A DNA stretch of 64,000 nt from Dehalococcoidia bacterium (GTDB taxonomy: Bacteria; Chloroflexota; Dehalococcoidia; Lucifugimonadales; G958296245). The stretch lies in the NCBI GenBank assembly GCA_965262055.1, contig CBDHEI010000002.1, positions 1,108,202 to 1,172,201 on the forward strand, in the 5' to 3' direction. The position numbers and the translations under genes are program-made. Numbering within the stretch: the stretch's first letter is position 1; the number at the start of each line of letters is the position of its first letter. Below are positions 10,578 to 19,692 of this stretch, one piece after another. The notes beneath the pieces are model-generated. The model was not told the DNA's origin and did not search any database. It was given only the letters and a program-made list of their open reading frames with translations.

Positions 10578-11034
10578 TAAGAAAGCCGTTCGCGGAGCAT
10601 GGAGAGTGACCTTGGTCTCCAAGTGGCCGCCACGTCATTTCCCGTGCTTGGCCTCTCGGCGCCGATCACTACCGGACTCGCGCTCGCCGATGGGACCCTT
10701 TTTCATCATCGGTGGTGCCGGTGGCAACCAGCATGGCGAATTCGTGGGAGACACCACCACTCCCCAGGCGAGGTCTCCACCCTCTGCGCTCCCCGAGGGT
10801 TGTTAGCTCACCAGGTTGGCACATCTTCACGACACCGAGAGGCGGTTGGCAGTGCCTTCCGTACGTGGTCAGGTGGGAATCTGGGACGCCGCTGCGCCGC
10901 TCGGGGGGTGAAGCGCGAATCTTGACATGCTTTTCACGGATATGCTAGACTTCCGCCGGCCTGAAGAATCGGTACCTTCGGGCAACATTTGGAAGACATT
11001 AGAAGATGGATAGATGTATAGAGGAGGGCGTTTG

Positions 11035-13035
11035 ATGCTGAAGAAGTCTAGGTTGTTGCTTGCGATTGCAGCGGTATTAGCAATGGTCGCTGCCGTCGCG
11101 TGTACACGGGAAGTGATCAAGGAAGTGAAGGTGCCTCAGGTCGTCACCGAGACGGTGGTGAAAGAGGTACCGGTTGAGGTGGTGGTCGAGAAAGAGGTGA
11201 TCAGAGAGGTACCGGTTGAGGTGGTGGTCGAGAAAGAGGTCATCAGGGAGGTAGAGGTACAGGTCGAGAGGGTGGTCGAGAAAGAGGTCATCAGGGAAGT
11301 AGAGAAGCCGGTCATCGTTGAGAAAGAGGTGGTGAGGGAGGTAATAGTTGTAGAGGAGGTTGTGGTGGACCGGGGGGATGTCTCGAAGGTTCTTAACCTG
11401 CGAGCCTCTAGCGCGGTCACCAAGCTGTCCCCTTACACGGCGGTCAGCGGGTACGTAGGCCTCATCGGCAACCACATCTTCTCGCGGCTGCTCATCGCAG
11501 ACCCGCACGAGCAGAGGTTCATCCCCGAGCTGGCCGAGCGGTGGGAAGTTTCTGAGGACGGCGCCTCGGTCACGTTCTACCTAAGGAAGAATGCGTTCTT
11601 CCACGACGGCGAGCAGGTAACCGCGGACGACATCAAGTGGTCGTTCGAGTCCTACATGAACCCGACGACCAAGAGCCGCCAGGTCCAGCGTCTCTCCATG
11701 ATAAAGGGAGGGGATGCTTTCGCCGAGGGCACCGCTGATTCCGTAGAGGGCATCGTAATCGTCGACGACTACACGGTCAGGTTCGACATGGCGTTCCCCA
11801 CGGGCCAGTTCATACCGGCGGCGGGCGGGAACATCCTACCGGAGCACATACTCAGCAGCATCCCGCCCGAAGACCTGGACGACCATGAGTTCTTCATCGG
11901 TCTGGGCAGCAGCCAGCCCATCGGCTCCGGCGCTTGGCGGTTCGTCAAGCACGAGCCCGACCAGTTCCATGAATTGATCGCTGTGGACGACTACTTCCTG
12001 GGCAAGGCCAAGATCGATAGGGTGTTCGTGCACGTGATTTCGTCCGCTGACGCGACGCAGATCGCCATGCAGAGGGGCGAGATCGATGCCAGCAGGCGCG
12101 GCGGCTTCACTCCCGAGGTCAACGAGTCCTTCCTGGCAGACCCGCGGTTCCTGATCGCGGCCACTGGCCGGCGCAACAACGGCGGCGGTTACTCGTTCAA
12201 CTTCCGCACCGACTGGATCCGCGACTCGCGCATCCACCAGGCGCACATCTGGGCGCTGAACCGCAAGCAGCTCGTGGATACCTTCGAGGGCGGCTTGGGC
12301 TTCATCCACAACACGAGCCTCTTCGTCCCCACGGGCGTCGAGACCCCCGAGATGATGGCCCGGTACACGCCTGAGGGCGACACTGCCAAGGCGCGTCAGC
12401 TCTTGGAAGAGGCCGGCTGGGACTTCGACCGTGAGGTCACCGAGAAGGCTCCTGGCTACTCCGGGCCGATCCTGGTCCAGTTGGCGGCCGAGCAGCAGAT
12501 GCTGGCGGACGCCGGTCTGAAGGTCAAGTTCGAAACCATGGAGACGCCTGTTTGGGCGGCAGTCTACTACGAGAACTACAACTACGACTCCGTCCGCGTT
12601 GGAGGCTGGGGCGGCGCAGTCACCAGCCTGAACTACTACTTCCATAGCGCCAACACCGATGCTATGGGGTATGCCACCCCAGAGCTCGACGCACTTCTGG
12701 ACGCAGTGCCCAGGGCGCTGACGGACCAGGAGCTCGTGGACATAGGCATCAAGATCAACGATATGTTCATCGAGGACCTGCCGATCGTCATCATCTCGTC
12801 CCCGCTGCGCCTCTACACCTACGGCGCCCACGTCTGGGTACCCGGGTTTGGCCGGCGTCCGCAGCCCAACCAGTTGGCGGACATCCAGTTCACTCCTGAG
12901 TTCGGCGGGCAGCGCGATAGCTGGGAGTACCTGATGCACCAGACCGACGTGGTGGAGTTTGGCACGACCCATCCTCTGAACTCGACCGGGCCTCTGGCCA
13001 AGCAGATCCAGATTCAGATGATGATGGGCCCGTAA
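11035..13035 (+). CDS. ABC transporter substrate-binding lipoprotein (family 5, Opp/Dpp-like) with a V/E/K-repeat linker
   Basis: Signal peptide plus lipobox-like AAVAC. An 87-aa repeat linker is followed by a family-5 SBP core (WEVSEDGASVTFYLRKNAFFHDGEQVTADDIKWSFE). ATG at 11035 follows GAGGAGGG. Confidence 0.85.
   Translation: MLKKSRLLLAIAAVLAMVAAVACTREVIKEVKVPQVVTETVVKEVPVEVVVEKEVIREVPVEVVVEKEVIREVEVQVERVVEKEVIREVEKPVIVEKEVVREVIVVEEVVVDRGDVSKVLNLRASSAVTKLSPYTAVSGYVGLIGNHIFSRLLIADPHEQRFIPELAERWEVSEDGASVTFYLRKNAFFHDGEQVTADDIKWSFESYMNPTTKSRQVQRLSMIKGGDAFAEGTADSVEGIVIVDDYTVRFDMAFPTGQFIPAAGGNILPEHILSSIPPEDLDDHEFFIGLGSSQPIGSGAWRFVKHEPDQFHELIAVDDYFLGKAKIDRVFVHVISSADATQIAMQRGEIDASRRGGFTPEVNESFLADPRFLIAATGRRNNGGGYSFNFRTDWIRDSRIHQAHIWALNRKQLVDTFEGGLGFIHNTSLFVPTGVETPEMMARYTPEGDTAKARQLLEEAGWDFDREVTEKAPGYSGPILVQLAAEQQMLADAGLKVKFETMETPVWAAVYYENYNYDSVRVGGWGGAVTSLNYYFHSANTDAMGYATPELDALLDAVPRALTDQELVDIGIKINDMFIEDLPIVIISSPLRLYTYGAHVWVPGFGRRPQPNQLADIQFTPEFGGQRDSWEYLMHQTDVVEFGTTHPLNSTGPLAKQIQIQMMMGP
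11110..11370 (+). repeat. in-frame tandem repeats (about 42-48 bp units) encoding (EKEVIREVPVEVVV)n
   Basis: Units gaggtaccggttgaggtggtggtcgagaaagaggtSatcagR are repeated back to back, with degenerate copies on both sides. Confidence 0.85.
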
Positions 13036-13055
13036 GGCCTACCGGCATTAAGTAG

Positions 13056-13093
13056 AAAGGGCCAGGCACTCGAGTGCCTGGCCCTTTCTTTTT
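13056..13093 (+). terminator. rho-independent terminator after SBP1
   Basis: Perfect palindrome aaagggccaggcactc/gagtgcctggcccttt followed by cttttt. Confidence 0.75.
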
Positions 13094-13304
13094 CCCCTTC
13101 GTCTCCGGGCGTATGGCCCTCGCCGGCGGGGCGACCCTGTGTCATACGGCCCAACTCGTACCAATCTGGCGGCGGCCTCGTAAGCGTGAATAAAATCACT
13201 AAGTTGACACGTGGTCTAATTCATGCATATATAGGGGCGCCCCGCTTCGGGGGCATAGGTTTGTGTCCATAGGGATTTTGGATCTCAGCAACTGGAGGAG
13301 CCAA

Positions 13305-15455
13305 ATGAATACGGTCTGGAAATCGGTATTGGTCTGCATTGCGGCTGCGGTCGCCGCGCTGTTATTCCTTGCGGCCTGCGGCACTAGGGAAGTGGTCAAA
13401 GAGGTGCCTGTGGAGGTGGTGGTGAAGGAAGAGGTCGTCAAGGAGGTAATGATACCCGGCGAGACGATCGTGGTGGAAAAGGAAGTCATCAGAGAAGTGA
13501 AGGTGCCTGTAGAGGTGGTGGTGGAGAAGGAAGTAGTCAAAGAGGTGAGGGTGCCCGGTGAGACGGTGGTGGTGGAGAGGGAAGTAGTCAAAGAGGTGCA
13601 GGTACCCGGTGAGACGATCGTGGTGGAGAAGGAAGTAATCAAAGAGGTGAGGGTGCCCGGTGAGACGGTGGTGGTGGAGAAAGAGGTGGTCAGGGAGGTC
13701 GAGGTAGAGGTGGTGGTCACCAAGGAGGTGGTCAAGGAGGTGCCCAGGGAGGTGGTGGTCACCCAGGAGGTGGTCAAAGAGGTTGAGGTGATCAAAGAGG
13801 TTGAGGTGATCAAAGAGGTTGAGAAGATCGTGGAGGTCGCGAGGCCGGAGGAGGAAAAGGTGCTCCGGGTCCGCATGGTCAACATGCCTGCGGCATTCCC
13901 TCCCCACACCGGTGGCAGCGGCGCCGTGACGATCGTGCTCGGGTGGACGTTCTCGCGCCTGGTGCAGCCCGGCCCCGCTACGGGGACGTGGGCTCCTGAC
14001 CTGGCGGCAGGCTGGGAAGTGAACGAGGACGCGACCGAGTACACGTTCTACCTCCAGAAGCACGCCAAGTGGCATGACGGCACGCCCGTGACCGCGAACG
14101 ACGTTGCGTTCACGGTGAAGTCACTCCTGAATCCCCAGAGCGCCGAGTGGATGGTGAACACCTACATCTCGGTCAAGGGCGCCAAGGCCTACCAAGAAGG
14201 CAATGCGATGGACGTAGAGGGGATACAGATAGTAGACGACTACACGATCAAGCTGACGATGGAGCGTCCCAACGTCACGTTCCTCGACGAGCTGGTCGTC
14301 GTCGCGGCGCTGAGCCCGGCTCCCATTCTGCCGGAGCACGCGCTGAAGGACATCCCGGACGACCAGCTATTTGAGCACGACTTCTGGTCCCAGGGACTGA
14401 TGGGCTCCGGCCCGTTCAAGTTCGTGAGCTGGGTGCCCCAGCAGGCCATGGTCCTGGAGGCGAATGACGACTTCTACTTCGGGCGTCCGAACATCGACAA
14501 GCTGATTCTGGAGATCATCCCCTCCAACGACGCGACCCAGATCGCCCTGCAGCGAGGGGAGGTCGATACGACGGTCCGCGGCGGGGTGTCGCTGGCCGCG
14601 AACAAAGAGTTCTTCCAGGACCCGCGGTTCGACGTGTACGGGACCCAGGCCGGCCTGATCTCCTCCTACGCCTGGAACCAGCGCATCGAGCGCCTGAGGG
14701 ACCCGCGGATCCGCGAGGCCTTCTGGATTGGCGTAGACTGGCAGAAGATATGCGATAGGTTCTACGGCGGCCTGTGCAATGTCAAAGGCTCGCCCCTGTT
14801 CCAGTCGTTCGTCTACAAGCCGGAATGGGACACGCGGTTCGCGTACAACCCGAACAAGGCAATATCGCTGATGGAGGCTGCCGGCTACAGCCTCAGCAGT
14901 CCCATCGACATCACGATGATTACGCGCCCCATCACCAACGCCGACTACAGGGCCGAGCTGGCGGTCCAGCAGGACATGCTCAAGGACGTGGGGATCAACT
15001 TCATAGTCAAGGAACAGGACACGGCCGCGGGCCAGAGCGCCTGGTACGACACCTACGACGCCGAGATCATAAGCTGGGCCGCGGGGCAGGGGAGCGAGCC
15101 CGGCGTCTTCCTCCTCTCGAACCTTGGCCTGACGGGCGGCGAGAACGCGTTCGGCATTCACCTTCAGTACCCCGAGTTCTACACGGCGATGGAAGAGGGC
15201 GCGGCGATCGTGGACAGGGGCGAGCGCGCCAAGTTCTTCCAGGACTTCACGGAGACGTGGCTGTGGGACGTCCTGCCCTGGACTTCCATCAAGGAAGCGG
15301 CAAGGGTGAAGATCCAGAACAACAGGTTCCGGATGCCGATCTTGGGGGACGTTCCCAAGCCCTCAAGGTACGCCGACATGCCGATCTACCCGATTCACGC
15401 GGGACGCGACGACAACTGGATATACCACATGGAGCAGTGGGACATTAAGCAGTAG
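13305..15455 (+). CDS. second ABC substrate-binding lipoprotein (family 5) with a longer V/E/K-repeat linker
   Basis: Lipobox LAAC, a 150-aa linker, then the SBP core (WEVNEDATEYTFYLQKHAKWHDGTPVTANDVAFTVK). ATG at 13305 follows GGAGGAG. Confidence 0.85.
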   Translation: MNTVWKSVLVCIAAAVAALLFLAACGTREVVKEVPVEVVVKEEVVKEVMIPGETIVVEKEVIREVKVPVEVVVEKEVVKEVRVPGETVVVEREVVKEVQVPGETIVVEKEVIKEVRVPGETVVVEKEVVREVEVEVVVTKEVVKEVPREVVVTQEVVKEVEVIKEVEVIKEVEKIVEVARPEEEKVLRVRMVNMPAAFPPHTGGSGAVTIVLGWTFSRLVQPGPATGTWAPDLAAGWEVNEDATEYTFYLQKHAKWHDGTPVTANDVAFTVKSLLNPQSAEWMVNTYISVKGAKAYQEGNAMDVEGIQIVDDYTIKLTMERPNVTFLDELVVVAALSPAPILPEHALKDIPDDQLFEHDFWSQGLMGSGPFKFVSWVPQQAMVLEANDDFYFGRPNIDKLILEIIPSNDATQIALQRGEVDTTVRGGVSLAANKEFFQDPRFDVYGTQAGLISSYAWNQRIERLRDPRIREAFWIGVDWQKICDRFYGGLCNVKGSPLFQSFVYKPEWDTRFAYNPNKAISLMEAAGYSLSSPIDITMITRPITNADYRAELAVQQDMLKDVGINFIVKEQDTAAGQSAWYDTYDAEIISWAAGQGSEPGVFLLSNLGLTGGENAFGIHLQYPEFYTAMEEGAAIVDRGERAKFFQDFTETWLWDVLPWTSIKEAARVKIQNNRFRMPILGDVPKPSRYADMPIYPIHAGRDDNWIYHMEQWDIKQ
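13389..13838 (+). repeat. in-frame tandem repeats (51-bp VPGETVVVEKEVVKEVR units and 18-bp EVEVIK units)
   Basis: Four VPGET(I/V)VVE(K/R)EV(I/V)KEV units, plus EVEVIKEVEVIKEVEKI. Confidence 0.85.
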
Positions 15456-15502
15456 AGAAGGCTGGGGCCTTTAGGGCCCGGAAAAGAGCGGTGATCGGAG
15501 CT

Positions 15503-15542
15503 GGTAGGGGGGCGACGCGAGACTGCGAGCGTCCCCCTACCT
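15503..15542 (+). terminator. strong hairpin between the SBP and permease genes (attenuator or mRNA-stabilising stem)
   Basis: ggtagggggg...cgtccccctacc followed by tcttt, lying 10 nt before the permease start. Confidence 0.45.
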
Positions 15543-15552
15543 CTTTAAGCCA

Positions 15553-16509
15553 ATGCAGCAATACATCATCCGGAGGCTGCTCGTCTCCATCCCCGTCCTC
15601 CTGGTCATCTCGATCATGACCTACGGCTTCGCCAATCTCGTGCCGGGAGACCCCGTCTCGGCAATGGCGGACCCGGAGTTGATGACGGGCTCGGGAGGGG
15701 ACGCCCTTCGCGAGAGGCTGGGCCTGAACCAGCCGGTCCACATACGCTACGTCATCTGGCTCCGCGAGGTGCTCACGGGTAACTTTGGCTATTCCTACCA
15801 TTCGGGTGAACCCGTTCTGAAGGTCATCAGCAGGGCGGTGCTGCCCACGGTGGAGCTCACCTCGGTGGCCCTGGTGATGTCGGTGGTCCTGGGCACCGTC
15901 TTTGGGGTGGTCGCCGCGCTGCGGCAGTACAGCGTGTACGACTACGTGCTCAGTATCGCGGCCCTCTTTGGCGTATCTATCCCGGTGTTCTTCTTTGCCC
16001 TGATAGCACTATATCTCTTCGTGGCTCTTTGGGAGCTGTTCCCTTCTCATGGGATGGCCGCAGCGGGCGCCGAGTTCTCGTTAGTGAGCAATCTTCATCA
16101 TCTGGTCCTGCCCGCCGTCGTACTTTCCCTCGAATCGATGGCCGGCAACACCCGGTATGCCCGCACGGCGATGCTCGAGGTGATGCAGTCGGACTACGTG
16201 CGCACGGCCCGGGCGAAGGGGTTGCCAGAGCTTGCGGTCATCGGGAGGCACGCCTTCAAGAACGCCCTGATGCCTCTGATCACGGTGACGACGCTGCGCC
16301 TGCCGGGCCTGTTCAGCGGGGCGCTGCTCATCGAGTTCATGTTCGCGTGGCCTGGGATGGGCCGTCTCTCGGTGGAAGCCATCTATCTGAGGGACTACAC
16401 GCTGCTGATGGGGCTGACGATGATCATCGCCACGCTGGTGCTGGGAGCCAATCTGCTGGCCGACGTAATGTACGCCTACGCAGACCCGCGCATCCGCGTC
16501 AGGGGGTAG
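15553..16509 (+). CDS. ABC transporter permease (DppB/OppB-like)
   Basis: 318 aa, N-terminal MQQYIIRRLLVSIPVLLVIS, EAA-like loop region ...YVRTARAKGL. Confidence 0.9.
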   Translation: MQQYIIRRLLVSIPVLLVISIMTYGFANLVPGDPVSAMADPELMTGSGGDALRERLGLNQPVHIRYVIWLREVLTGNFGYSYHSGEPVLKVISRAVLPTVELTSVALVMSVVLGTVFGVVAALRQYSVYDYVLSIAALFGVSIPVFFFALIALYLFVALWELFPSHGMAAAGAEFSLVSNLHHLVLPAVVLSLESMAGNTRYARTAMLEVMQSDYVRTARAKGLPELAVIGRHAFKNALMPLITVTTLRLPGLFSGALLIEFMFAWPGMGRLSVEAIYLRDYTLLMGLTMIIATLVLGANLLADVMYAYADPRIRVRG

Positions 16510-16528
16510 CGAAATCAAGGAGGAGACC

Positions 16529-17428
16529 GTGGCGACTTCCGCTGCCGGTAACGTAGCCGCCAGCGTAGAGCAGGCCCCGCGGAGAGGCAAGAAGCGAGTA
16601 TGGCGGCGTTTCCGTCGCCACAGGCTAGCGCTCGTGGGAACGGCGACCCTGGTCGTCTTCACATTCATGGCGGCCTTCGCCCCCCTGGTGACGTGGCACG
16701 AACCGAACGACACCGACATCGACGCCTTACGCACCCCGCCGTCTTGGAGCCATATCATGGGCACCGACGAGGCGGGGCGCGACCAGTACGCCAGGGTAGT
16801 CTACGCCGGACGCGTCTCCATCGCGGTCGGCCTGGTTGCGGCCGCCATCTCGACGATCATCGGCACGCTCCTGGGCATAGTCTCGGGGTACGTGGGCGGC
16901 TGGCTGGACAACCTCATACAGAGGGCCGTCGAGATAGTGATGATGTTCCCGACGCTGTTCGCCCTCATTCTCCTCGTCGCCGTGATCGGGGCGAGCGTGT
17001 TCAACATTATGTTCATCCTCGGCATACTCGGCTGGACGGGGATAACCCGGCTCGTCCGGGGCCAGGTGCTGTCCCTGAAAGAGATGGACTTCGTCCTCGG
17101 CGCGCGGGCGGTGGGGGCGGGGCACTGGCGCATCATGCTGGTCCACATCCTGCCGGGCGTCGTGCCCTACGTGATCGTAGCGACCACGCTGACCATTGCG
17201 GGGGCGATCCTCAGCGAGGCGTCCCTCAGCTTCCTAGGGCTGGGAGTCCGGCTGCCGACCGCGACGTGGGGCAACATGATGAACGCGGCGCAGTCGCTCA
17301 ACGTCCTCAAGAACCAGCCGTGGCTGTGGCTGCCGCCGGGCATCGCCATATCCGCGACGGTCATTGCGGTGAACTTCCTTGGCGACGGGCTGCGGGACGC
17401 CCTCGACCCGCGGAGCACCATCGACTAG
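16529..17428 (+). CDS. ABC transporter permease (DppC/OppC-like)
   Basis: 299 aa; HIMGTDEAGRDQYARVVYAGR and ...FVLGARAVGAG motifs. Confidence 0.9.
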   Translation: MATSAAGNVAASVEQAPRRGKKRVWRRFRRHRLALVGTATLVVFTFMAAFAPLVTWHEPNDTDIDALRTPPSWSHIMGTDEAGRDQYARVVYAGRVSIAVGLVAAAISTIIGTLLGIVSGYVGGWLDNLIQRAVEIVMMFPTLFALILLVAVIGASVFNIMFILGILGWTGITRLVRGQVLSLKEMDFVLGARAVGAGHWRIMLVHILPGVVPYVIVATTLTIAGAILSEASLSFLGLGVRLPTATWGNMMNAAQSLNVLKNQPWLWLPPGIAISATVIAVNFLGDGLRDALDPRSTID

Positions 17429-17453
17429 CAGCGGCCCCGCAGGCGGAGGTGAC

Positions 17454-18527
17454 ATGATGACGGAACCCGACTTCCAGATAGTAGCGCCTCACAGCGCCGC
17501 GTGGCCGCGAAACTCCGAGGGAGACATCGCCGTCTTCCCCGACGGCCGCTGGCTGATGGCGTGGTCGGCCTTCTACGGCGGCGCGCGCGACCACTCACCC
17601 GCACACATTATGGGGAGGTGGTCCCACGACAAGGGGGAGACGTGGGGCGACCCCGTCATGCTCCTGGAGAACGACGGTGGCTGCAACGTCATATCGGTCA
17701 GCGTCAAGGTCTACCGCGACGGCACGGTGGGCTTCGCTCACAGCCGGACCGACGACGAGAGCTGCTACTACGCTTGGCCCTTCTACCGCTGGTCCGAGGA
17801 CGGCGGCGAGAGCTGGAGCGCCCACGAGCCAATGGTCGACATGAAGACCCAGTTCGGCTTCCCGTGCAACGGGCGGCTCATGGAGCTTTCGAGCGGCCGC
17901 CTGGTGCTGCCGTTCCAGTTGAACACGCGGCCCCCGACGACGCGCGAGGGTGAGAGTCTCACACACGCGGCTTACTCGGACGACGCGGGGCGGACATGGA
18001 AGCTCTCCAACCCCGTGGCGGTCAGGGGGGCGACCTCGGACGGGATAGCGAGGAGAGGAGCCGACGAGCCGGCCGCCTTCGAGCGGAAGGACGGGACCAT
18101 AATGTTCCTGATGCGCACGCGTCTGGGGAAGATCTACGCCGCCGAGTCGTCGGACGGCGGGGAGACGGTATCGGAGTCGTACGACACCGGACTGGACAGC
18201 CCGGCGGCGCCGTGCTCGGCGGCGCGGGTGCCGGCCACGGGCGACGTGGTCCTCATCTGGAACAATTCCAAGCCTGACGCGCCGGGCTCCGGGCGGCCGC
18301 GGGCGCCGCTGACGGCGGCGGTCTCGCGCGACGACGGGCGGACCTGGAGCAACTTCAAGGACATCGAGCCGGACACGAGCCGCTGCTACATGTACCCCGT
18401 GATCGTCTTCGACGGCGACACTGCCCTGGTGCTCTACTCCGAGGGCGGGTACGAAGGCGGCCCCTTGACCTGGGACGACACATCGTTGAAGCTGGCGCGC
18501 ATCCCGTACCAGTGGTTCTATGAGTGA
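17454..18527 (+). CDS. Asp-box (BNR) beta-propeller, sialidase-like protein, paralogue 1
   Basis: Asp-boxes SHDKGETWG, SEDGGESWS, SDDAGRTWK, SSDGGETVS and SRDDGRTWS. No signal peptide. RBS GGAGGTGA. Confidence 0.8.
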   Translation: MMTEPDFQIVAPHSAAWPRNSEGDIAVFPDGRWLMAWSAFYGGARDHSPAHIMGRWSHDKGETWGDPVMLLENDGGCNVISVSVKVYRDGTVGFAHSRTDDESCYYAWPFYRWSEDGGESWSAHEPMVDMKTQFGFPCNGRLMELSSGRLVLPFQLNTRPPTTREGESLTHAAYSDDAGRTWKLSNPVAVRGATSDGIARRGADEPAAFERKDGTIMFLMRTRLGKIYAAESSDGGETVSESYDTGLDSPAAPCSAARVPATGDVVLIWNNSKPDAPGSGRPRAPLTAAVSRDDGRTWSNFKDIEPDTSRCYMYPVIVFDGDTALVLYSEGGYEGGPLTWDDTSLKLARIPYQWFYE

Positions 18528-18574
18528 GAATGGGGCGACACCCGGCAAAGGCGCTTCACAGCGGAGGTGACTCG

Positions 18575-19645
18575 ATGACGAGACCCGACTTCCAGATAGT
18601 AGCGCCTCACAGCGCCGCGTGGCCGCGAAACTCCGAGGGAGACATCGCCGTCTTCCCCGACGGCCGCTGGCTGATGGCGTGGTCGGCCTTCTACGACGGC
18701 TGGCACGACCACTCCGCCGCCCACATCATGGGATGCTGGTCCCACGACAAGGGGGAGACGTGGGGCGACCCGATCATGCTGCTGGAGAACGACGGCGGGC
18801 GCAACGTCATCTCCGTCAGCGTCAAGGTGTACCGCGACGGTACGGTGGGCTTCGCTCACAGCCGCACCGACGACGAGAGCTACCACTACGCCTGGCCCTT
18901 CTACCGCTGGTCGGAGGACGGTGGCGAGAGTTGGAGTCCCCACGAGCCGATGGTCGACATGGAGACCCAGTTCGGCTTCCCGTGCAACGGCCGCCTCATG
19001 GAGCTTTCGAGCGGCCGCATGGTGCTGCCGTTCCAGCTCAACACGCCGCCCCCGACGACACGCGAGACGGAGGGCTTCGTACACGCGGCTTACTCCGACG
19101 ACGCGGGGCGGACATGGAAGCTGTCCAATCCCGTGGCGGTCAGGGGGACGACCGCGGACGGAATAGCGAGGAGGGGGGCCGCGGAGCCCGCCGCCTTCGA
19201 GCGGAAGGACGGTACGATAATGTTCCTCATGCGCACGCCGTTGGGGAAGATATACGCCGCCGAGTCTGCTGACGGAGGGGAGACGGTGTCGGAGTCCTAC
19301 GACACGGGGCTGGACAGCCCGGCCGCGCCGTGCTCGGCGGCGCGGGTGCCAGCCACGGGCGACGTGGTGCTGGTCTGGAACAATGCGAAGCCGGACGCGC
19401 CCGGCTCCGGGAAGCCGCGGGCGCCTCTGACGGCGGCGGTCTCGCGGGACGATGGGCGGACGTGGGGCAACTTCAAGGACATAGAGCCGGACACGAGCCT
19501 GACCTACATGTACCCCGTGATCGTCTTCGACGGGGACACGGCCCTGGTACTCTACTCCGAGGGCGGGGAGGACGGCGGCCCCGTGAATTTTAACAACACG
19601 TCGTTGAAGCTGGCCCGGATACCGTACCAGTGGTTCTATGAGTGA
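18575..19645 (+). CDS. Asp-box sialidase-like protein, paralogue 2
   Basis: About 90% aa identity to paralogue 1 by hand alignment. The same 47-bp leader with GGAGGTGA is present. Confidence 0.8.
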   Translation: MTRPDFQIVAPHSAAWPRNSEGDIAVFPDGRWLMAWSAFYDGWHDHSAAHIMGCWSHDKGETWGDPIMLLENDGGRNVISVSVKVYRDGTVGFAHSRTDDESYHYAWPFYRWSEDGGESWSPHEPMVDMETQFGFPCNGRLMELSSGRMVLPFQLNTPPPTTRETEGFVHAAYSDDAGRTWKLSNPVAVRGTTADGIARRGAAEPAAFERKDGTIMFLMRTPLGKIYAAESADGGETVSESYDTGLDSPAAPCSAARVPATGDVVLVWNNAKPDAPGSGKPRAPLTAAVSRDDGRTWGNFKDIEPDTSLTYMYPVIVFDGDTALVLYSEGGEDGGPVNFNNTSLKLARIPYQWFYE

Positions 19646-19692
19646 GAACGGGGTGACACCCTACAAAGGCGCTTCACAGCGGAGGTGATTTG

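Noticed and set aside
10581-11034. Possible gene remnant on the minus strand (for example ...GSGGVSHEFAMLVATGTTDDEKG...) next to IS copy 2
   Set aside because: Only short broken frames are present and I cannot assign a family from the sequence alone. It is mentioned under the nested-IS finding as something to test by BLASTX.
11110-13838. Regularly spaced short repeats that might be mistaken for CRISPR arrays
   Set aside because: The repeats are contiguous, with no unique spacers, are in frame inside SBP genes, and encode the linker peptide. There are no cas genes in the window.
13199-14075. Ser/Thr-rich (13199-14044) and His/Leu/Asp-rich (13362-14075) minus-strand ORFs, and their equivalents at 11077-11508
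   Set aside because: They are the reverse-complement reading of the V/E/K tandem repeats in the SBP linkers. The plus-strand lipoprotein genes explain the sequence.
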